Shown: positions 56,453 to 64,000 of the stretch, piece after piece
Numbering within the stretch: the stretch's first letter is position 1
How the letters are laid out: the number at the start of each line of letters is the position of its first letter
NCBI GenBank assembly: GCA_964359755.1
Contig: CAYHUB010000001.1
Coordinates: 39,797-103,796 of the forward strand
DNA: 64,000 nt
Reading direction: 5' to 3'
From: an uncultured Candidatus Saccharibacteria bacterium
GTDB taxonomy: Bacteria > Patescibacteriota > Minisyncoccia > GWC2-36-17 > WO2-46-25
The notes under the pieces: model-generated
What the model was told of the DNA's origin: nothing
Seen by the model: the letters and a program-made list of their open reading frames with translations, nothing else
Database searches by the model: none
Program-made: the position numbers and the translations under genes

Positions 56453-56881
56453 TTATTTAAAACAGGTTGTTGATGGGGTAAACCCCGCTTTCTCCGCGTC
56501 TTCTTTTGTTTTGAAAAAAACTTTATTTGCTTCTTTAATGGTGCTTTTGCATGTCGTGAGATAATACTTACTGCCGTTTTTGCTTGCGACATACTCCCCA
56601 TTTTTTGAAAGAACCGCCTTATCAGGAACCAATGCATCAGTAAGCGCGACTGCGGCCGCAACAGCCTTTCCCTGTGCGGGAATATCGATGGAAAGCGGCA
56701 TCGTGCGTACCGGCATGTGTTCAGTATACAGCACGCCAAGGCCAAAAAAGATAACCGCGATGAGCATGAGCTCCGCGAAACGGGCAAACATCTCTTTTCG
56801 TTCGGTCATAAATGTCCTAACCCGCTCCCCTATTGACTTTACCCTTTCTTTCACCGTATTATATATGAATTGCATACGCAT
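56453..56881 (-). CDS. Membrane protein with an Ada-metal-binding-like C-terminal domain
   Basis: TM, then YVASKNGSKYY...C...F.T.EDA..AGF.P...C. Confidence 0.7.
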   Translation of the reverse strand: MRMQFIYNTVKERVKSIGERVRTFMTERKEMFARFAELMLIAVIFFGLGVLYTEHMPVRTMPLSIDIPAQGKAVAAAVALTDALVPDKAVLSKNGEYVASKNGSKYYLTTCKSTIKEANKVFFKTKEDAEKAGFTPSTTCFK

Positions 56882-56905
56882 TGATTCTAATATAAGTATA
56901 CCGCC

Positions 56906-57184
56906 ATGGCAACAACAAAATCATCAGGTTCTACTCGCCTCGGCCGCGATTCGCAAGCGAAACGCCTCGGGGTGAAACTATTTGACGGAGAGATCGTAAA
57001 ACCGGGTAATATTATCATACGCCAGCGGGGCACAAAATTTCTTGCGGGCGCGAATGTCCGGATGGGCAGTGATAATACGCTCTACAGTGTTGTTGAAGGT
57101 AAAATAAAATTCGGAGTACGAAGGAAAAAATGTTTCAACGGCAAATCGCGCGAAGCGAAGGTCGTGAATGTTATGACAGCGTAA
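56906..57184 (+). CDS. rpmA: 50S ribosomal protein L27
   Basis: [21 protein letters not shown]. Confidence 0.97.
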   Translation: MATTKSSGSTRLGRDSQAKRLGVKLFDGEIVKPGNIIIRQRGTKFLAGANVRMGSDNTLYSVVEGKIKFGVRRKKCFNGKSREAKVVNVMTA

Positions 57185-57199
57185 TCTATTCTAATATTT

Positions 57200-57232
57200 A
57201 AAAAACAGTCCCATACTTCGGGACTGTTTTTT
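57200..57232. terminator. Bidirectional terminator
   Basis: AAAAAACAGTCCC-loop-GGGACTGTTTTTT. Confidence 0.85.
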
Positions 57233-57674
57233 ATTCTCGCTCGACAGTGATCGTCATGTCCGCCTCGATGCCGTGATCGAGTTTTATTTTTATTTTGTGC
57301 GCGCCAAGCGTTTTGAGCGGATGCTCTAAAAGAATAGCTGATTTATCAAGCGCGATCTTTTTTTCTTTTAAGATCGAGAGGATTTTCGGCACGCCCACGG
57401 AACCAAAGACGCTTCCGTCATCACCCGCTTTAAGCGTGGCAATGAACTGCGTACGGCCAAGCTCTAATGCGAGCGCGGCGGTCTTTTCCTTTTCTCCCGC
57501 CTTCCTGTGCTTCTCTATTTCAGCGCGCAGAGCCGCGTCATGCACAATACCTTCGGTTGCCGTCGTCGCGAGTCCGTTTTTAAAAAGATAGTTGCGCGCG
57601 TAGCCGTCCGCCACGTTCTTCAGCTCTCCTTTTTTACCGACGCCTTTTACATCTTTTTGCAGTAGTATCTTCAT
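57231..57674 (-). CDS. rplI: 50S ribosomal protein L9
   Basis: MKILL..DV..VGK.G...[13 protein letters not shown]. Confidence 0.96.
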   Translation of the reverse strand: MKILLQKDVKGVGKKGELKNVADGYARNYLFKNGLATTATEGIVHDAALRAEIEKHRKAGEKEKTAALALELGRTQFIATLKAGDDGSVFGSVGVPKILSILKEKKIALDKSAILLEHPLKTLGAHKIKIKLDHGIEADMTITVERE

Positions 57675-57679
57675 AATTC

Positions 57680-58891
57680 TTATTTTAAACTCCGTGCGAT
57701 CTCAAACGCCTTTTCACGTTGAGGATCTTTCCCCGCGTCCCTGTCTTCCGCGGTTGTTTCCACCTTCACCGTCGGCTCGATCCCTTGCTCGTGAATGGAC
57801 GCGCCTGACGGCGTAAGCCATTTTGCGACGGTTATTTTTATGCTTGTGCCGTCTGCGAGATCAACAACCTCCTGCACCGATCCTTTTCCGAATGTTTTCT
57901 CTCCGACGAGCGGAACATCGCGCGCATCCCTTAACGCGCCAGCAACGATTTCAGCCGCAGAGGCAGACCCCTCGTTGATGAGCACGACGACCGGCATGGT
58001 TTGGAAATACCGATATCCGTTGGAGCGAAACTCATTGCGTCCTTTGCCGTTGTCGCCGAAATCCTCTATCGCAACGATCTTCCCTTCCGGAATAAAGAAA
58101 CTTGCGGTCTCGATTGCGGAATCAAGGAATCCTCCTGCGTTATTGCGCAGATCAAGCACGACGCTCTTTGCGCCTCGCGCAAGCGCTTGTCGGGCGGCTA
58201 TTTGAAATTCCTGATCGACATCGCCAAGGAAGTTGAAGAGCTGTATATATGCCACATTGCCCTCTTCCATGCGTAATTCCACCAAAGGCATCTTGATGAT
58301 GTCCCGCACAATACTAAAGTCTCGCGGTTCATCGAATCCGTCGCGCATAATATTTAAAAGCACTTTTGTGCCGCGCTCGCCGCGGATCTTTAACACCGCT
58401 TCCTCAAGTGATAATTCACCGGTAAAAACGCCGTCGATCTTGCCAATCTTATCTCCCGCGCGAAGGCCTGTTTTTTCCGCAGGAGAATCCTTGAGTGGCG
58501 CAATAATGGTCAGGATACCGTTTTTAAAACCGATCTCCGCGCCGATTCCCGAGAAACTGCCGTTGATGTCGTCCCCGAGCATCCGTGACTGATCGGGCGT
58601 GAAAAACGAGGTATACGGGTCGCCCAGCGATGCTACCATCCCTTCCACCGCTCCATACACCATTTTTTGCGGATCGATCGTTTTACGGTCGACGTATTTA
58701 TCGGTTGCCGTTTTCCATGCGTCCCAGAAGATGTCAAAATCCGCCTGCACGCCGGCCGGCTGTTCTTTATGCGTAACGCTTTGTACTTTGTTAAGCGATG
58801 GCACGGAACTCTCTCCGGCGTAAAACCCGAACGAATACGCAAGAAAGACTACAAAAGCGGCGCACACGAATTTTAGAATACGTTTAAACAT
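57680..58891 (-). CDS. ctpA: S41A carboxy-terminal processing protease
   Basis: [31 protein letters not shown]. Confidence 0.93.
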   Translation of the reverse strand: MFKRILKFVCAAFVVFLAYSFGFYAGESSVPSLNKVQSVTHKEQPAGVQADFDIFWDAWKTATDKYVDRKTIDPQKMVYGAVEGMVASLGDPYTSFFTPDQSRMLGDDINGSFSGIGAEIGFKNGILTIIAPLKDSPAEKTGLRAGDKIGKIDGVFTGELSLEEAVLKIRGERGTKVLLNIMRDGFDEPRDFSIVRDIIKMPLVELRMEEGNVAYIQLFNFLGDVDQEFQIAARQALARGAKSVVLDLRNNAGGFLDSAIETASFFIPEGKIVAIEDFGDNGKGRNEFRSNGYRYFQTMPVVVLINEGSASAAEIVAGALRDARDVPLVGEKTFGKGSVQEVVDLADGTSIKITVAKWLTPSGASIHEQGIEPTVKVETTAEDRDAGKDPQREKAFEIARSLK

Positions 58892-59702
58892 AATGGTGTG
58901 CGCGGATGCCGTGCTTTATAAAATAACGGATCGCGCTGCGTATGTGCACGCGCGTTAACGGATTGAATATCACGTCAAAAATTCCTTTGCGATGCGATTT
59001 TTTTCCATGATAATGATACATTCTCGCCAAAGGATGGTAGATGACCGCGTACCCATTTTCCCAGAATCTCCGCGCCCAGTCAACATCTTCAAAATACATA
59101 AAAAAAGATTCATCCATTGCGCCGACATGCGCGACCGCCTCTTTCGAGGTAAGCAGTACAGCGCCCATCAGCCAATCGACGCGTGTCGGCACGATGCAAT
59201 CTTTAAGGTTCTTGTCATGTAATAAAAAAGCGTTGAGATAGCTCTTAAATATTTTCATGCTGCCGAGCGGTGTCCTCCGTAAAACGATCGTGAGCGGCGA
59301 CGGAAAACGGAATGCCGATTGCTGATAGATGTTTTCAAATCCGTACAGTTTCGGAGCGATGAGTCCCACGCGCTCCCCATCTTTTTTCATGTATGCAATA
59401 AGCGCATCGATCGCATATTCAGTAGCGACGATATCGGTGTTGAGTATAAGAAAATAATCGCCGCTTGCGCGCGCAATTCCCGCATTGACCGCTTTCGCAT
59501 AGCCGGTATTTTCCTTAAACGCGATACAGCGCGCATCCGCAAACTCCTCCGCAAGCATCCGCTCTGCTTCCCCGTCCGATTCCGAATCAACCACGATCAC
59601 TTCATATGAAGTTTCCCGAATAGTAGCGGAAAGCGACGTGAGGCAATTTTTCAGGAGCGCGGGAGTTTTGTAATTGACGATAATAATAGAGAGCGTTGGC
59701 AT
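58884..59702 (-). CDS. Glycosyltransferase family 2
   Basis: SIIIVNY, VVD, N.GY..A.N.G, LNTD, FMYFEDVD. Confidence 0.93.
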   Translation of the reverse strand: MPTLSIIIVNYKTPALLKNCLTSLSATIRETSYEVIVVDSESDGEAERMLAEEFADARCIAFKENTGYAKAVNAGIARASGDYFLILNTDIVATEYAIDALIAYMKKDGERVGLIAPKLYGFENIYQQSAFRFPSPLTIVLRRTPLGSMKIFKSYLNAFLLHDKNLKDCIVPTRVDWLMGAVLLTSKEAVAHVGAMDESFFMYFEDVDWARRFWENGYAVIYHPLARMYHYHGKKSHRKGIFDVIFNPLTRVHIRSAIRYFIKHGIRAHHYV

Positions 59703-59713
59703 GGTATGTGGTA

Positions 59714-60733
59714 TTAGGGGGTTTTTGCAAAAACATTCTTGAACCGCTCACGGATCTCGCTATACTCCTCCATGCCCGCCTTGGGAGTGAGGATGTATGC
59801 GGCGTTTGCGTTCCCCGATACGAGTAAGCCGTCCTGTGTATCATCGAAAACAAAACGCTCAAGATTCCCTTGCGTGATTATTTTTGCATAGCGTGCGAGC
59901 CCGAGCATGCTGATAAAATCAATGTCGGTGCGCACGCCTGCGGCCACCGTATTGAGCGTTTTGTTGATCGCGATCGGGTTTGCAAGGATGCCCAGACTCA
60001 TGACTTTTTTCCCTAACGCCGTAATGATGTCCTGCTGGCGCCGCGCGCGGTCGAAATCATTTGTAGAATACCGTGAACGGGCGTAATACAGAGCTGTCTC
60101 GCTATTCATGTGATTCATTCCTTTTGGTACGGAGAATTCGTATCCCCACTGCGATGATTCGGTAAAATCAGCCGGCACGTACACATCTATTCCCTTCACT
60201 GCATCAATGAGCCCCCTGAATGTGGAAAAATCAATTGCAACAGCATGATCGATACTGAGCCCGCTTACCCGCTGGACCGTGAGCGTCGCAAGACGCAAGC
60301 CGTCTCCATGTGTTTGTATGCCGTATGCGTAGGCGTGATTGATCTTTTCCATTTTATTGTATCCGGGAATCCGTACATACAGGTCGCGCGGGATCGAAAA
60401 CAGCGCCGCTTTTTCTTCGTCCGTTTTAATGCTCAACACGATCATGGTATCGGTAAGATAATCTCCCGCATCTTCTCCTGTGTCGCCGCGAAGACCTAAC
60501 AGCAGGATATTGATGCGATTTTCCTCACGATACACATTGCCCTCGCCTTCTATATGAAATGACTTGCCAAAGACGCTTTTGGTGATAAGTGAAAATGTCT
60601 TTTCAACCTTAAAGAGCAGAAAACTCGGAATAATAAGCGCGAGCATAACCGCGCCAAGCGCAATGCGCCGCCGCCATGACATACGGCTGGGCGGTTGCGG
60701 CGGAGTAGAGATGGGAGGATTTTGAAAATTCAT
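59714..60733 (-). CDS. LytR-CpsA-Psr (LCP) family protein
   Basis: NILLLG, TDTM, SIPRDL, KINHAY, YARSR...DF.R..RQQ; ATG 60733 overlaps the upstream stop (ATGA). Confidence 0.93.
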   Translation of the reverse strand: MNFQNPPISTPPQPPSRMSWRRRIALGAVMLALIIPSFLLFKVEKTFSLITKSVFGKSFHIEGEGNVYREENRINILLLGLRGDTGEDAGDYLTDTMIVLSIKTDEEKAALFSIPRDLYVRIPGYNKMEKINHAYAYGIQTHGDGLRLATLTVQRVSGLSIDHAVAIDFSTFRGLIDAVKGIDVYVPADFTESSQWGYEFSVPKGMNHMNSETALYYARSRYSTNDFDRARRQQDIITALGKKVMSLGILANPIAINKTLNTVAAGVRTDIDFISMLGLARYAKIITQGNLERFVFDDTQDGLLVSGNANAAYILTPKAGMEEYSEIRERFKNVFAKTP

Positions 60734-61746
60734 ACGGAAAACCATTGTTCCATTTCTTGCCGGGTCGCTTTTGTATGCGACATAATATAGTTTCGCTTGC
60801 GCAGCATCCGCGGCAACAAGCGCAGCATATGCGGAATCGCGCGAAGCGTGTACGGCTCGAACAAAACGATATAGCAAAATAACATACATTCGCGCAGGAA
60901 GACATAGCGAATATCTTTCAACGCTGAAAGTACGAAATCGTTTTTGATAAAGGTAAAATGCTGATTCTGCCAATCAAGCATGCGTTTGCGTATCGGAATC
61001 GTGCGACGCAAGGCGATAAAGTCGCGCAACCCGCTGCGCAGCCGCTTGGTCGTCGAACGGTCATGATAGGCGATCACTGACGGCGCGTAATAGCTTTTCC
61101 AGCCGAATAGGCGCAAGCGCCACCCCAGATCAATATCATCCGCGTACCAAAAATAATCCTCGTCATGCACTTCGCCGTTGACCGCGCTTGCCTCAAGCGC
61201 TTCCCGCCGCCAGAACGGAACCGCTCCTTCGTATGAAAAAACCTCTTCTGCGTGGTCGTACTGCCCCGTATCTTTTTCGCCGTGTCCGCGATTAATTATG
61301 CGACGCGACTTGAAAATGATAAATCCGGTGGTGTCGATAATGTCGGTTTTAGCGCCCCCTTCAAGGCGATATATCTTTGCCTGAAGTGCGCCGATGCGTG
61401 CGTCTCGCTCCATTACCTCGACCGCGCGCGCAAGGAAATGTTCATCAAGCACGATATCAACGCAAAGGCCGAGGATGTACTTCCCTTTCGTGAGTGTGAG
61501 GCATTTGTTTTGCCCCGGTCCGAACCCAAGATTTTCAGTATGGGCTATGAGGCGAAACTCGGGAAATTCCTGTGCTACGATATCCCGCGTGCCATCGGTG
61601 GAATTATTATCAAAAACCACCACCTCGCTGTGGGTATATGTCTGGGAGCGCACCGAGCGCAGGCAATCACGGATGTATTTTTCCCCGTTTTGCACGACTA
61701 AATTGATAGAAACCAAGGGTTGTTCCATTTTTTCCAGTATCGTCAT
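60730..61746 (-). CDS. Glycosyltransferase family 2
   Basis: DNNSTDGT, N.GF..G.N, DEDYFWY.DD.DL.WR. Confidence 0.92.
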   Translation of the reverse strand: MTILEKMEQPLVSINLVVQNGEKYIRDCLRSVRSQTYTHSEVVVFDNNSTDGTRDIVAQEFPEFRLIAHTENLGFGPGQNKCLTLTKGKYILGLCVDIVLDEHFLARAVEVMERDARIGALQAKIYRLEGGAKTDIIDTTGFIIFKSRRIINRGHGEKDTGQYDHAEEVFSYEGAVPFWRREALEASAVNGEVHDEDYFWYADDIDLGWRLRLFGWKSYYAPSVIAYHDRSTTKRLRSGLRDFIALRRTIPIRKRMLDWQNQHFTFIKNDFVLSALKDIRYVFLRECMLFCYIVLFEPYTLRAIPHMLRLLPRMLRKRNYIMSHTKATRQEMEQWFSV

Positions 61747-61764
61747 CGCGCAACGATACGTAAG

Positions 61765-63330
61765 TTATTCGCCTGCAGATGGCAGACGCACTGACGACGA
61801 TCGCGCTAATGCAAACATCATGCCCAAAAGCACCATGAGCAAAAGAAACGGCCGCTCATCGAATATCGCAACATCCGTCATACTATACCACAAAATCCAG
61901 ACGAGATACATCAGCGCATTGAGCGCGAAAAATCGCACATAATCATCCGCACCGCGCGTAAACAGATACCATCCTTTTTTCATGATTACGACGATAAAAA
62001 GGGAGGTCGCAACAAATCCGAGCACGCCAAGCTCCGCGAAAAAGTTGAGATACAGATTATGCGCTGATGCGCCCGCTTTGCTTGCGCTCGGATTTAACGC
62101 AAGCACGACCGGAAAATTACCGATACCGACGCCGAGCAGTGGGTGTTTGCCCATCGAACGCAATGTTTCCTTCCATATATATATCCTTCCTTGGTTTGAG
62201 GTTTCCTCGGTATCGACGATCGACCTGATGCGCTCGGCAAATACGGCGCGCTCTGCGGGAGTACCGCGGAACTGGAACTGCGGTGAGTTAAAGATAAACG
62301 CCGCAAGCGGCAACGATGCAAAAAAGAGTACAAGCGGCAACAACGCTTCTTTGCGTATGGGGTATCGGCGCACAAAAAGATACCCGATAAATACCACGGC
62401 AAAAATCGCGCTTGCCCAGATGCCCCGCGTACCGGAAAGCACCGCTTCAAGCGCCGCAAACGCGATCACCGCGCCGAGTATATATTTTTTCGGTTTGTTT
62501 TTTTCAAACGCAAAAAGCGTCGTCGCAAAACACAGTATCATAAGAAGATACAGAGGAAATGAATGCGTGTCGGGAAATGAGGAAAACATCCGCAGGTGGA
62601 TCGTGCCGCTATAATACGCAAACCAGGTGTTTGCCACGATCGCGATATTCGCCCACGCGGCGCCGTAGAGCGCCTTATTGACCGTCAGCGCCCAGAACTC
62701 CGAGAAATGATCTACATTCATCGTATAGGCAAGCACCAGTTGAAGCATGCCAACCAGCACGACGATGATGCCCGAATACACGGCGTTCAGTGCGATACGC
62801 GCGGCGTTCTCCCTCGTGGTAATGCTCCGCACAACAAAAAAAAGCATCGTGAGATTCAAAAAGAAAATAATGCGCTTCACTCCCCCCAAAACATCAGCCG
62901 CGCCGATAAGGGATGCGACAGAAATACCTATGAGCGCCAAAGAAAGGAATTCAACAGGCCATTGCCGCCATGCGCGCACTATGCCGTGCCACGCGTTTGT
63001 TTTTATCGCACGCGCGTGCACCAGAACTTCGTCGATAATAGAGTGAATGCGCGCAGTATCTGACAGCCATCTGAAAAAAAGGATGAGTACGATGATGCGC
63101 CATACGTTGAGCGAATCGAATTGTTCGGTAATTGGCAGCGCCACAAAAATAGGGATAGACCGCGCGATAAGCAATACTGTTTCTTCAAGCGGGCAAAAGA
63201 GAGAAAAAAACACTAAAACAGCGGCGGAGAATAAAAACGTTTCGCGAGGAAAACCGCCAAACACCACCGCTATAGTGGTAGCACATTGAAGCGCAAAGAC
63301 GATATTCAGTTTAGTGAGGTAGCGTTTCAT
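61765..63330 (-). CDS. O-antigen ligase/Wzy_C-family membrane protein
   Basis: Multi-TM; SGTRG, R..IW, P.LGVG.GNF, AHNLYL...AELG..G. Confidence 0.9.
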   Translation of the reverse strand: MKRYLTKLNIVFALQCATTIAVVFGGFPRETFLFSAAVLVFFSLFCPLEETVLLIARSIPIFVALPITEQFDSLNVWRIIVLILFFRWLSDTARIHSIIDEVLVHARAIKTNAWHGIVRAWRQWPVEFLSLALIGISVASLIGAADVLGGVKRIIFFLNLTMLFFVVRSITTRENAARIALNAVYSGIIVVLVGMLQLVLAYTMNVDHFSEFWALTVNKALYGAAWANIAIVANTWFAYYSGTIHLRMFSSFPDTHSFPLYLLMILCFATTLFAFEKNKPKKYILGAVIAFAALEAVLSGTRGIWASAIFAVVFIGYLFVRRYPIRKEALLPLVLFFASLPLAAFIFNSPQFQFRGTPAERAVFAERIRSIVDTEETSNQGRIYIWKETLRSMGKHPLLGVGIGNFPVVLALNPSASKAGASAHNLYLNFFAELGVLGFVATSLFIVVIMKKGWYLFTRGADDYVRFFALNALMYLVWILWYSMTDVAIFDERPFLLLMVLLGMMFALARSSSVRLPSAGE

Positions 63331-64000
63331 GAATAGCGCGGGCCCGCGGCTTATTGCGTACGATTGTCAGTAGGGCGCCGATAAAAAGAATGAGTCCTAT
63401 CATACTCAAAATAATCCCCTGCTTCAAGGGTTGAGAGGTGTAGCGCAGAAGCACCGTGTGCGTTCCTGCAGGCACGCGCACCGCTTGAAATAAATAATTG
63501 GCGCGCAACACCTCTGTTGTTTCCCCATCAACCGATGCCGTCCATCCCGGATAATACGCTTGGTTTATAAACACAAGCGTCGGTTTATTTGCGGTCACCG
63601 TCATATGCACCTCGTTTGGGTTATTATTCTCATTAAGGGTGACCTCTCCTTCGAGTGAACGCGCGTCTTGCGTAAGGTGCGGGTCTTTTTCAAGTACAAG
63701 TGTTTTTTTCAGATTGACCTCGGCCATGCGCGTAAGCGCCTCAGTGCCGGTGACCGCCACAGCATACGCATCGGCAAGAAATGCGCGCGAAAAATACCCT
63801 TCGTTCACGCACAAATTCCCCTCTTTTTTAAGCGCTTGCGCGCGCGAGATGATATATTCGCAAGGAAGGTATTTGATACTCCCCAGGTCAATAAGAGCAG
63901 GATTTTTCACCATCGCATCTTCATATGCCGCCTGGCGCTGGAGTGCGAGCGGATTGTAGCCGGAAAAATCATCAACGCCAAACACCTGCGCGAGGTTGCG
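63311..64000 (-). CDS. YfhO-family membrane glycosyltransferase-like protein (5' part outside window)
   Basis: GY.PL, YYPGW.A.VDG, AN..F.AV.VP.G.H.V...Y; C-terminal TM. Confidence 0.85.
   Translation of the reverse strand, partial: RNLAQVFGVDDFSGYNPLALQRQAAYEDAMVKNPALIDLGSIKYLPCEYIISRAQALKKEGNLCVNEGYFSRAFLADAYAVAVTGTEALTRMAEVNLKKTLVLEKDPHLTQDARSLEGEVTLNENNNPNEVHMTVTANKPTLVFINQAYYPGWTASVDGETTEVLRANYLFQAVRVPAGTHTVLLRYTSQPLKQGIILSMIGLILFIGALLTIVRNKPRARAIHETLPH

Noticed and set aside
60734-60973. N-terminal 80 aa of the LCP ORF in the track
   Set aside because: Overlaps the upstream GT2; the ATGA-coupled ATG at 60733 is more plausible.
1-64000. CRISPR array, rRNA, intron, transposase or alternative genetic code
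   Set aside because: No regularly spaced direct repeats, rRNA signatures or mobile-enzyme motifs seen; conserved genes end normally at TGA, consistent with code 11.

Overview
This is a gene-dense bacterial chromosome segment. Gene content and style suggest Patescibacteria/CPR, probably Parcubacteria; this is inference from the split transketolase, the GNVGIGT fibre protein, a DUF5667-like protein, a short UvrC, a double-domain ThyX, and rplJL detached from rplKA/rpoB. The window holds a glycolysis/non-oxidative pentose-phosphate operon running into murA-mreB and two GT4s, rplJL with an L10 leader, tRNA-Val(CAC) and tRNA-Leu(CAG). It also holds a five-gene sugar operon containing an EamA-type transporter fused to a clan-A glycoside hydrolase, rnj, a dcd/thyX/folD/glyA thymidylate module, uvrC, a MacB-type ABC pair, secDF, recG, two S41 proteases, rpmA/rplI and an envelope-glycan locus. 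I saw no CRISPR array, integrase, transposase, reverse transcriptase or rRNA. The most notable observations are: (1) an AT-rich gene with a transglutaminase-like Cys-His-Asp domain and a predicted C-terminal beta-barrel; (2) the transporter-glycosidase fusion; (3) two apparent gene-start grammars, with many core genes looking leaderless and orphan cassettes carrying a promoter, a boxA-like motif and a strong SD; (4) several families of small palindromic or heptamer repeats, some inserted in frame in enzymes; (5) a CxxCH membrane-protein cassette. All product calls are motif recognition by eye, and no searches were run.
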